A stretch of 34,981 nt of DNA from Fidelibacterota bacterium. GTDB lineage: Bacteria; Fidelibacterota; Marinisomatia; Marinisomatales; UBA1611. Shown in pieces: positions 17,494-26,600 of the stretch. A program made the translations under genes and the position numbers. The stretch lies in NCBI GenBank assembly GCA_038281125.1, contig JAYNUL010000006.1:1-34981 (forward strand). The letters are read 5' to 3'. The notes beneath the pieces were generated by a model that did no database searches, was not told the DNA's origin, and saw nothing but the letters and a program-made list of their open reading frames with translations. Within the stretch, counting starts at the first letter, position 1. Each line of letters begins with the position of its first letter.

Positions 17494-18972
17494 CTAAAAT
17501 TTGCCTTGCTTGAGCTTGAAGCCTGATTTTTTACATGCTTTTTTCAGTTTCCTACTGTGCTTATTTGGACCACTGTAAAATACCTTCTGGATGGTGTCCT
17601 CTCCAAATTCAGAAAATATTTTTTCCCAGTCTGGTATTCCAAAACTAGATTTGCTCCACAGATTATCAACAAGGTCAATATTTGTTTCACTTTCTAAAAC
17701 ATCAGTAGATATATACATCATCTTTCTTGATATTTCGTCAGGAGATCGTTCCAAAAAATAAATATGATAATTAAAGAATTTTGGAGAACCATCTTCATCC
17801 ATCTCCTTTAGCATTTTAGTAAACCATTCAAAGTAGTTCCTTTCTTCTATCAACCAGTAGAGGTCAACTCTCTTTAGCTTGCCAATATCTGATCCATTTT
17901 TAAGTCGAATAACGATATCCTGGAGGATAGGTGCAATTCTTGAAATCCCATGACCTGCACCAACCAGTATTGCGTGACTGGTATCTAATAAATCCTGACT
18001 TGAACTGCCATAAGGGCCATCAATCCTTATGGTCCAGTCAAGTGTCTTATCACTACCTACAACCTGCAAGGTTGAATCATATAAGCGATCAGACCACTGG
18101 TTGTTCGATTTTACATGTAAAATTAAATCTCCCTCCTCTGTCTTTTTGATAATGTTAAAAGGATACCACTCTCCAGATGAGATTTCTTTACAATTGAGAT
18201 ACAAATAGTCACCTGGGGTATAGGTGAAGTTTTTTGGTGCAGATATGGTTAACTCCAGCACCTTTGAAGGCAGCAAACTGATTGAATGTAAATCAACAAA
18301 GGTTCGATTCTTTTTTCTGTTGACCAAAACATTATAAATAAAAATAATCTTTGGAATCATTAACCATTGAAAAAACCCTATGTCCTGGACCTGTATCGAT
18401 GAGATCATTGAACTAGACTTGTCTTCTATCACTTTAGAATCCACTTTTTGGTATCGATCAGGAACAAGCCAGTGTAATGGATTCACAGCAAAACCCTCCA
18501 TGAAATCAGGATAATCATTTGCTACATCAAGAAATTCACCAAAGTCAATGGTTCCACTGAAATCTTTATCTGCTTTTTGGAAAAATTCATCCACTAATAG
18601 ATCCAATTGAAACTCATCATAGTCTAAATTGTTTTCTAAAAAACTTTGTTTAATGAGTATTTTTAGCTCATTCCGATCTATAAATCCGTTGTTATCAAGG
18701 TCATGTAATTGAAAAGCGAATTTGATTTTATCTTTTGCAGATCCATCTACCATGGACTGAATAGTAGTTACGAATTCTCCATAGTCTACAGATCCGCTAG
18801 AGTCTTGATCAAATAGTTCAAACAATCTATCAGAGATTTCATAGTTTTCAATTCCAAGACCATTACGAAATTCTTCCTTATCGATGAGCTGGTCCTCCCC
18901 CGCAATCTCTCTAAATCTATTTTTAAGATCAATTAGGAATGGACCAACTAATTTTTTTGACTCGTTAATCAA
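17494..18972 (-). CDS. EF-hand Ca-binding protein fused to a NOX/ferric-reductase-type FAD/NAD(P)H dehydrogenase domain, with a single hydrophobic helix and no heme domain
   Basis: 492 aa with three canonical EF loops: DQDSSGSVDYGEF (aa 55-67), DLDNNGFIDRNEL (91-103) and DKDFSGTIDFGEF (135-147). One hydrophobic segment spans aa 199-217. NOX-like blocks follow: WYPFNI (HPFT-like), IDGPYG, ILVGAGHGISRIAPIL, LYWL...FEWF, VFYSGP, and a C-terminal Phe. Confidence 0.8.
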   Translation of the reverse strand: MINESKKLVGPFLIDLKNRFREIAGEDQLIDKEEFRNGLGIENYEISDRLFELFDQDSSGSVDYGEFVTTIQSMVDGSAKDKIKFAFQLHDLDNNGFIDRNELKILIKQSFLENNLDYDEFQLDLLVDEFFQKADKDFSGTIDFGEFLDVANDYPDFMEGFAVNPLHWLVPDRYQKVDSKVIEDKSSSMISSIQVQDIGFFQWLMIPKIIFIYNVLVNRKKNRTFVDLHSISLLPSKVLELTISAPKNFTYTPGDYLYLNCKEISSGEWYPFNIIKKTEEGDLILHVKSNNQWSDRLYDSTLQVVGSDKTLDWTIRIDGPYGSSSQDLLDTSHAILVGAGHGISRIAPILQDIVIRLKNGSDIGKLKRVDLYWLIEERNYFEWFTKMLKEMDEDGSPKFFNYHIYFLERSPDEISRKMMYISTDVLESETNIDLVDNLWSKSSFGIPDWEKIFSEFGEDTIQKVFYSGPNKHSRKLKKACKKSGFKLKQGKF

Positions 18973-19055
18973 GTATGTTTTCCATGTTAAGATTGATTGA
19001 AGTCCTTTAATTTATAGAAAGGTTTATAATCAAAATGATAATTTTTATTACTTAA

Positions 19056-20009
19056 ATGATACACGATAACATACTTAGTACTATCGGAAACACTCCAGTG
19101 GTGAGGATGAATAAAATAGGCAATGAACTAGAGTGTGAACTTTTCTCAAAGTGCGAGTTTCTTAATCCTGGTGGATCAATAAAAGATCGCATAGGCTGGA
19201 AAATGGTTGAGGACGCTGAACAATCTGGAAGAATTAAACCCGGAGACACGCTCATTGAACCTACTTCAGGTAATACTGGACAAGGGATAGCCCTCGCGGC
19301 TGCGGTAAAGGGATACGAGTGCATTATCACTCTACCAGAAAAAATGAGCAAAGAAAAGCAGATAGCTTTGGAGGCCTTGGGTGCTAAGATCATACGTACG
19401 CCCACTGAAGCATCGTTTGATTCACCTGATAGTCATATCGGGGTAGCAAAAAAGCTACAGGAAGAGATCCCTAATTCACATATTTTAGACCAGTATGCAA
19501 ATCCTTCAAACCCTGAAGCTCATTACGATGGCACTGCTCAGGAAATCTTAGATGTTTTCGGAAAGGATCTTCACATGGTGGTAATGGGTGTTGGTACCGG
19601 GGGAACCATTACAGGGGTTGCAAAACGATTAAAAGAAGAGATCCCTGATATTGTCATAGTAGGTGCAGATCCCGTTGGATCTATTCTTGGTGGAGGAACA
19701 GAGGTAGAGCCTTATTTGGTAGAGGGTATAGGATATGACTTTTTTCCTGAAGTGTTAGATAATAATCTTGTGGATGAATATGTAAAGACAGAGGACGAAG
19801 AATCATTTATTATGGCACGCAGACTAATAAAAGAAGAAGGGTTTTTGTGTGGCGGATCTTGCGGATCTGCAATGGTTGCAGCACTAAAAAGTGCAAAACA
19901 TTTAGACAAAGACAAAAAATGTCTGGTCGTTCTTCCTGATAGTATTCGAAACTACATGACCAAGTTTCCAAACGATCAATGGATGAAAGACCAAGGGTTC
20001 AAGGTCTGA
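19056..20009 (+). CDS. Cystathionine beta-synthase-like / cysteine synthase family PLP enzyme (catalytic core only)
   Basis: 317 aa. The block [66 protein letters not shown] closely tracks the CBS catalytic core as I recall it. The C-terminal [18 protein letters not shown] is also CBS-like. There is no Bateman (CBS-pair) domain and no heme domain. Confidence 0.9.
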   Translation: MIHDNILSTIGNTPVVRMNKIGNELECELFSKCEFLNPGGSIKDRIGWKMVEDAEQSGRIKPGDTLIEPTSGNTGQGIALAAAVKGYECIITLPEKMSKEKQIALEALGAKIIRTPTEASFDSPDSHIGVAKKLQEEIPNSHILDQYANPSNPEAHYDGTAQEILDVFGKDLHMVVMGVGTGGTITGVAKRLKEEIPDIVIVGADPVGSILGGGTEVEPYLVEGIGYDFFPEVLDNNLVDEYVKTEDEESFIMARRLIKEEGFLCGGSCGSAMVAALKSAKHLDKDKKCLVVLPDSIRNYMTKFPNDQWMKDQGFKV

Positions 20010-21865
20010 AATCAATCGTTAAAATTTTAGCCTATACTTTAGGCATCATGCTATCTCTATGGGCAATGACTGTGTCCTACCTATCAAATGCACGTCCTGA
20101 TATAACCTGGGACTGGGACAGCATCAATACCAGAGATATACATTTCCCATCAAATTTCGCATGGGGCACTGCTACTGCGGCACACCAGGTTGAGGGCAAC
20201 AATTCCAATAACAACTGGTACCAGTGGGAAAAGGCAGTGGATGAAAACGGTGTCTCTAGAATCCATAATAATGATAGCTCTGCTATGGCAGCAGATCACT
20301 GGAATCGATACCCTGAAGACATCCTTTTAATGAAAGATCTGGGTGTTAGCCACTATAGATTTTCCATTGAGTGGTCTCGAATTGAGCCACAAGAGGGATA
20401 TTATGACCTTGAGTCACTTTCCCACTACCGTGAAATGTGCTTGGCAATGATAAAGGCTGGGATAACGCCAGTGGTAACCTTACATCATTTTACACATCCT
20501 ATTTGGTTTGAAGAGTTAGGGGCCTTCGAAGAAGAAACGAACACGGAGCACTTTACAAAATTTGCAAAACTTGTCTTCCAAGAGTTAATGGACATTGTTC
20601 CCATCTGGTGTACGTTTAATGAGCCCTCTGTTTTTGTTGCACAGGGATATTTTAATGGTATATTCCCTCCTGGTAAAAAGGATCCAGTATTAGCTGGCAC
20701 CGTTCTGGAGAATATGCTAAATGCGCACGTAGAGACCTACCATTTATTGAAAGCTATTCCAGGATCTGAAAAGGTTAAGATTGGCCTTGTTAAAAATATA
20801 TTTCAATTTGACCCTTTAAGGAGGTGGCATCTACTTGACTGGGCATTCAGCAAGATACTTAACGATGTTTATACAAATGCACCTTTAGAATTTCTAAAAA
20901 CAGGAAAATCTTCTTTCTATATGCCAGGTATGGTAGATAATGAAATGTTAAATCCAGAGGCACCTGGCACCCTTGATTTCATAGGCCTAAACTACTACTC
21001 CAGGATGCACGTTAAGGGAAGTCTTAATCCTAAAGAGCCATTTGTTTTTGATACCCGGCAACAGGATATTATGACTGATATGGGATACCCGCTATATGCA
21101 GAAGGATTTTACAGAGCACTTAAGACAATTAGTAATGTGGGGGTTCCGATATACGTCACAGAAAATGGCCTCGCAGATGATAAAGACACCGTTCGCCCTC
21201 TTTTTATAGAGAGGTATCTGTATGCGCTCAATCAGGCTCTCAAGGAGAGAATTGACATCCGTGGTTATTTCTATTGGAGTTTAATGGATAATTTTGAATG
21301 GGCAGAAGGCTACAGCATGAAGTTTGGCCTGTATGAGGTTAATCTGGAGACCCAAGAACGTATACTCAGAAAAGGTAGCCAGCCATTTATTGATATGGTG
21401 ACAAAGAGAGGAGCTGATGAACGAGGATATTTGGTAAGTGTAGGCGAAATAGCTCCAAATTTTACTATGGAATATATTACCGGTGAAAAAGTAAAACTGT
21501 CTGACCTCAGAGGAAAGGTTGTAGTATTACAGTTTACTGCGAGCTGGTGTTCTGTATGCAGAAAAGAGATGCCTCACCTTGAAAAAGATGTATGGCAGGC
21601 ATTCAAGGATAAGGATGTGGTTCTAATTGGAGTCGATCGAGATGAACCGCTGGATGTAGTCTTAAAATTTCAAAAAGAAATGGGAACAACATACCCACTC
21701 GCACTTGATCCTGGTGCAAACATATTTGGTCTCTTTGCTGACAAGAATTCTGGTGTGACACGAAATGTAGTCATTGACCAGAATGGAAAAATAGTATTCC
21801 TTACTAGACTTTTTGAGGAAAGGGAGTATCAGGAAATGATTAAAAAAATAGAGTCTCTTCTCTAG
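19979..21865 (+). CDS. Membrane-anchored GH1 beta-glucosidase fused to a C-terminal TlpA/AhpC-TSA-like thioredoxin-fold domain (WCSVC)
   Basis: 628 aa with an N-terminal anchor [23 protein letters not shown] after basic residues. GH1 signatures: [34 protein letters not shown] (acid/base Glu), YVTENG (nucleophile Glu), [13 protein letters not shown]. From about nt 21430 comes [41 protein letters not shown], typical of TlpA/ResA-like proteins. The start overlaps the CBS-like gene by 31 nt. Confidence 0.85.
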   Translation: MDERPRVQGLKSIVKILAYTLGIMLSLWAMTVSYLSNARPDITWDWDSINTRDIHFPSNFAWGTATAAHQVEGNNSNNNWYQWEKAVDENGVSRIHNNDSSAMAADHWNRYPEDILLMKDLGVSHYRFSIEWSRIEPQEGYYDLESLSHYREMCLAMIKAGITPVVTLHHFTHPIWFEELGAFEEETNTEHFTKFAKLVFQELMDIVPIWCTFNEPSVFVAQGYFNGIFPPGKKDPVLAGTVLENMLNAHVETYHLLKAIPGSEKVKIGLVKNIFQFDPLRRWHLLDWAFSKILNDVYTNAPLEFLKTGKSSFYMPGMVDNEMLNPEAPGTLDFIGLNYYSRMHVKGSLNPKEPFVFDTRQQDIMTDMGYPLYAEGFYRALKTISNVGVPIYVTENGLADDKDTVRPLFIERYLYALNQALKERIDIRGYFYWSLMDNFEWAEGYSMKFGLYEVNLETQERILRKGSQPFIDMVTKRGADERGYLVSVGEIAPNFTMEYITGEKVKLSDLRGKVVVLQFTASWCSVCRKEMPHLEKDVWQAFKDKDVVLIGVDRDEPLDVVLKFQKEMGTTYPLALDPGANIFGLFADKNSGVTRNVVIDQNGKIVFLTRLFEEREYQEMIKKIESLL

Positions 21866-21870
21866 TTTTA

Positions 21871-22437
21871 TTATTCAGGCGCTGCAACGCTTGATGATCC
21901 CTTCATCCTGTCCATAGCCTGATCCAGTGCATCAAATGCCTGCCGTGCCTTAAACTCATTGTAGAGTGCCTCTTCTTTTTTTGCCTCTAGCCTTGCAGCA
22001 GCTTTTGCCTCTTCTTTAGCCTTATTTGCGTCATACGTTACCATAACAAAAACCCTATCCTTGAAAATTTCTGTTTTTTCTATGACACAACCTTTGAGTG
22101 TTGTGTTAACTAAAGATTTGGACACAGACTCAGTAAACTCTGTAGCACTTGCATCAGAACCCATTCCAGAGGCTTGCATATGATCATTTAATGCAGAATT
22201 AACTGTGGTCTCAACCGCTCGTGCTACTTCCACTCTAGCTCTCTCTGTTGCTACCTGTTTTGATAGATTAAACTGAGGTCGAAGAGCGTCTCCTACTCCA
22301 ACAAACTTATCATCAAATTTTGGAGGATTTAGATACCATTCAGGGAGGTCCTTATTATTTAAGGGTTTGGTCTTGGACCCTGCGCATCCAAAGAAAATGA
22401 TAGTTGCAACGATTGGTAGTAAAATATTTTTATACAT
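21871..22437 (-). CDS. LPP20-like lipoprotein
   Basis: 188 aa with lipobox IFFGCAGS. PEWYLNPP...FVGVGDA...ATERARVEVARAVETTV fits the LPP20-family pattern as I remember it. The C-terminus is an Ala/Lys/Glu-rich helix. Confidence 0.5.
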   Translation of the reverse strand: MYKNILLPIVATIIFFGCAGSKTKPLNNKDLPEWYLNPPKFDDKFVGVGDALRPQFNLSKQVATERARVEVARAVETTVNSALNDHMQASGMGSDASATEFTESVSKSLVNTTLKGCVIEKTEIFKDRVFVMVTYDANKAKEEAKAAARLEAKKEEALYNEFKARQAFDALDQAMDRMKGSSSVAAPE

Positions 22438-22520
22438 TATGACCTCTATGAATTTTTCTCAGAAAATATACTCTTAAAAGTTATAACACCATAGGATGAA
22501 TTTTGTTCCTGATATATAGC

Positions 22521-23624
22521 CTATTTCCGCATCATCAGATCATTACACTGTTCTAGTGCTTGGTTAACATGCTCAAGCATTTCAGGGTCATCCTTGATTT
22601 TGGATTCCATTGCAACATTTTGAAAGCTGATGCTATTGGATCTTAGGCTCAATACCTCTTTCATTTCCCTGATGGTTTCTCTGCTTGATCTAATATTAGT
22701 AAGAATGCTTGGACTATCTGCATATAGATCGTCTAGGGGAATGGTCGGGTCTTTATCCTGATACCTTTCGATGCGTTTCTTTAAATATCTGATCTTTGCC
22801 TCGTAATATGAACGATTGATTATGCGATCATTTTCGTCAATGATAGATACATCTACTTGATTTAAATAGCGCCCTTCCCTGCCTGATGAAAATACAAAAG
22901 GACCATTCTCTTTTTGATCCATCATTGGCCTAGTCATAAAGGTACTTCCACTTGTAAAAATTAAATCTGCCGATGGAAAAATTTCATGTAAATCACCATA
23001 AGTAGAGCGATCACTGTTAATAAGTAAAACAGTCATGTCTACCCTTCCCTCCATAGCACTTAAATAGATGTTGCCGGCAATGGTATAGTCATCTAAGATC
23101 AATTGTTCAATCGTATCAGGAACAAGATCAGTCAGTCCGATTACACCAAACCTGATTCCACCACGATTGATAAGGGTATAGGGCTTAAAAATTGGCTCTT
23201 CAGTATTTGGATCCAATAGGTTTGCAGATATGAAAGGTATGGAAGTCTGAGAAGCAATTTTCATCAGAGTATCAAGACCTGCAGCCAGCTCAAATTGTCC
23301 CACATTGATGGCATCACAGCCAATTTTATTGAATCCCTTGATCATAGCAGATCCACGATAGATTTCTGAGGATCGATTAGAGTCAACCAAAGAAGATGTC
23401 GTAAACAATAAGTCACCAGCATCAAGGATGATGGGCTGTATTCCTTGATTTCTTAGTTCATTTATTGCAGTTATTTTTCTAGACAGACCGCCCAAAGGTT
23501 TATTTGGTCATCCACATGGATCTAACTGACCATGAACACTGCCGGTAACAACTATGGTTGCAACATTCTGTGATAGCACCATGGTTGAAATCAGAAAAAG
23601 CCATGGAACTAATTTATGGATCAT
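22521..23624 (-). CDS. Exported metallophosphoesterase / 5'-nucleotidase-like protein with an in-frame TGA at 23510..23508 (candidate selenocysteine; alternatively a nonsense pseudogene)
   Basis: The track ORF starts at TTG 23495, but the frame continues upstream through one TGA to ATG 23624..23622. That ATG overlaps the giant ORF stop (ATGA). The upstream 38 codons, MIHKLVPWLFLISTMVLSQNVATIVVTGSVHGQLDPCG, supply a signal peptide and the first phosphoesterase motif region. Downstream are ILDAGDLLF (GD motif) and a degenerate GNHE-like VGQFE. Confidence 0.6.
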
Positions 23625-26600
23625 TTTAATAGCATAACCTTGTGGGTTCTAAAATTTGTACCATCATTGATGACTACGAAATAGATACCTGACGAAAGTG
23701 AGCTACCATCATCATTCCTACCATTCCAGACCACCTCATGTCGTCCCATATCCTTCCATCCACTCACCAACTTAGCTATTTGCTGTCCCTTTATATTTAC
23801 GATCGTCATCCTGACATTTCGAGGTTCAGGAAGTCCATATCTTATGGTTGTTGAAGGATTAAACGGATTTGGAAAGTTGCCAGAGATAGATAGTTCCTCA
23901 GGAATCATGGACAATACGTCACCAATTTTGGCTACCACATCAGACTCATCTCCTGCCACTATCTTCACTCTTCTATCATAGCGAGGATCGAGGGTTCCAA
24001 AGAAAAGTTGAGTGTCACTTTTCATGTCTATGACGTTTCTGGTTGAAAGGTCTACCAAACGAATATCAACGTCTACAGGTAAATCCTGAATCACAGACCA
24101 AGATAGATCAACATCAGAGTCTGTATCACTCCTGACATGCATATCCCAAACGTTTACCTGCTGGCCTAGAGAACGTATGTCAGAGGTAAGCTCAAGTGCC
24201 TCTCCCTCTAACCTGAAAAATAATGACACACCAGTGCCTGGAGATCGTATCTCAGGGTTATCATGCCACTCTAGCGCATCCTCGGCGGTCTCAAGCGCCC
24301 CTAATGTATTAATATGATCACCATGGGCACCAGAGCTCAAGCCTAGAGATACAAGCCAACCGCTTTCTTCCACTTTTCTTGCAACAGTAGTACCAGATCC
24401 AATGGATGGGTCTAAGGTTATGATCTGGTCAGTGGACATTCTGTTATATACCACATACCCATTCCATGGATCAAGCTCTGTGACCACAGGGCTCCAACTT
24501 TCTCCACTTATCCCATAAGTAAGAGGACCATAGAACTGTACCTGGTCCAGTTGCAACGGAACCTGGAATGGATAAGGGGAGCCGATAAAGTTCCATCCTG
24601 TTTTTAAAGTAATCTCTGTTCCAGCCATGTCACCTGTTTTACCTGCTGGGGTATCCATAGTTAGATTATCCTCAGTCTTCTGATAGATCCAATAGGATTC
24701 GGTACTGTTAAGATCTACCGGATTATCTTTGTAAGTGTTTGAAACATCATCATACCTAAACACTCTCCAAATGGTGTTATCCTGCGTACCTAATTCATCA
24801 AAAACCTGAGTGAGTCCAGTCTCATTTAATACAGCAGGCGTAGAAATAAGTCTCCATGCATCCATGGGAAGCCCTGTTGGATAGGCACTACCACTGGCTG
24901 AGTTTGTGGTGAGTGTCCCTGATGCAAAATTGACAGGAGCGCCAAGAGTATCGGATGAACTTGAAAATCCCAGTACATCCTGAGACATTACAAAGTACAG
25001 CAATCCACTCTGAGTAACAGAGCTACCAGGTATTGTTCCGCTGTAGGTACCCTGACCATCATTGACCATTGCGGTAGAGGAATAAGAATCACTTCCTCCT
25101 GGGGCATAGTAAAGAGTAACACTCTCAATTCCTGTATCATCAAAAACATTCACACTTACCTGAGCATCAACCAAAACGCCAGGTTCTACTGGATTCAGGG
25201 TTAGTGATGTGGCGACTGGACCCTTTGTATCCATAAAACTATTATCAGTCGAATTAGAAATGAGAGCCCACTGACTAAAGGACGACTGATTTTTGGCAAC
25301 TACTTGACCAGTAACCGTATCAACCTCAGTTTCTGATACTGCAATCACTTGCCATGGTTCCGAAGTTCCTGAATTACCTGGTCTCTTTGCTATACGTAAA
25401 GTATTAGGTGAATCAATTCCTGGTAAAATACTATATGACAATCTTATATCGGTAACAAAATTACCTTCAATATCCGTGGATATTTCGTAGTACTGTTCTG
25501 GGTATACTGGGTCTGTTAGAATACCGTCTGGGTCTACAAATGGAGTATTTTCATCAACGGGTGGTAGTGTTGATACCCCCTGAACAGTAACGGTTCCCCC
25601 AGCAGAGTTTACAAAATCCAATACCAGACCAATCGACTCTCCATTCTCATTCGTAAAGGTAATCGGTGGTGTGTTTCCTGATGGAATTGTTACCGTAGTA
25701 TCAGTTATTTGGCTGTCATCTCCTAGAAGATTTAAGAAAATATCCATCACATGGGTGTTTGATAATAATTCTGAAGGATTCTCTCCTGTATTTGTGTCGA
25801 AATAGATATTCCCATTGTAGATACCCGGGTCCAGGTTTGCGGTGTTAACAACGTTTACTACTATTGTGCTGTCGGTGGTACCAAGAATCTGTCCAGTTGA
25901 TACTGTTTCAAGCCATACCCATCCTGCAAAATCTGCACTGACTGAGGAAGCATAGTTCAATGGGTAGTCTCCACTATTGGTTACCTCAAGATCAAAAGAA
26001 AGATCATTGCCTTGATAGGTAACTACCGAGATTGAGGTTGCGGCAAACTCCGCAGTTGGAGGTATCCATCCTTCTCCTGCTGCACTCACTGCCACTATCT
26101 CATTTGGACTTGCAGGTGTGGTAAAGATTATGTTTCCAGCCGCAGAACCTCTCGCAGATGGCTGAAAGGTTAGATTCAATTGCCCCGCTGCATCAACGGG
26201 AAGAATAAGGCTTGTGGAAACATCTGTTGAAAAGTCGCTTGAACTCTCAACTGATATAGTAGCAATGGTAAGGTCAACATTTCCATTATTTTCAAAAGAA
26301 AGTACCTGTACTGAATCCTCCCCAATGAGAACCCCGGAAAAATCAATATTTTGAGTTGGTATTTTCAATCCAGACAACTCAATAATGGAACTTCCTGTAA
26401 GGTATGTATCGCTGAGAATAGTCAAATTCTCCTCATAGTAGCCACTAAGTTCAGGTGAAAAGGTCACCGTTAACTCACCGGATGCTCCAGGATCTAATGC
26501 CGTTGCTGTTGGACCCTCCCATGCTTGATCAAAAACTGCAAGAGGAAGATCAATTTCACTAATCGTTAATGTATCCGTTCCTGTATTTGTTAGGGTAAAT

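Noticed and set aside
19052-19405. 117-aa minus-strand ORF
   Set aside because: It is antisense to the strongly supported CBS-like gene, so it is a shadow ORF.
22454-22466. Perfect palindrome TTTTCT-C-AGAAAA in the leader of the LPP20-like gene
   Set aside because: A 1-nt loop cannot form a terminator hairpin. The sequence is AT-rich and short enough to occur by chance in this genome. It could be an operator, but nothing else supports that.
22521-23495. ORF-track model of the phosphoesterase-like gene starting at TTG 23495 (324 aa)
   Set aside because: That start removes the signal peptide and the first phosphoesterase motif. Both are encoded in-frame just upstream of a single TGA. The upstream ATG at 23624 also overlaps the preceding stop codon. 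I preferred the extended model 22521..23624.
23508-23510. Explaining the in-frame TGA by an alternative genetic code (TGA read as Trp or Gly)
   Set aside because: TGA clearly terminates several well-defined genes in this window at their expected ends: serC at 5609, the ECF sigma gene at 8758, the ORF at 12406, pmbA at 13941 and the giant ORF at 23621.
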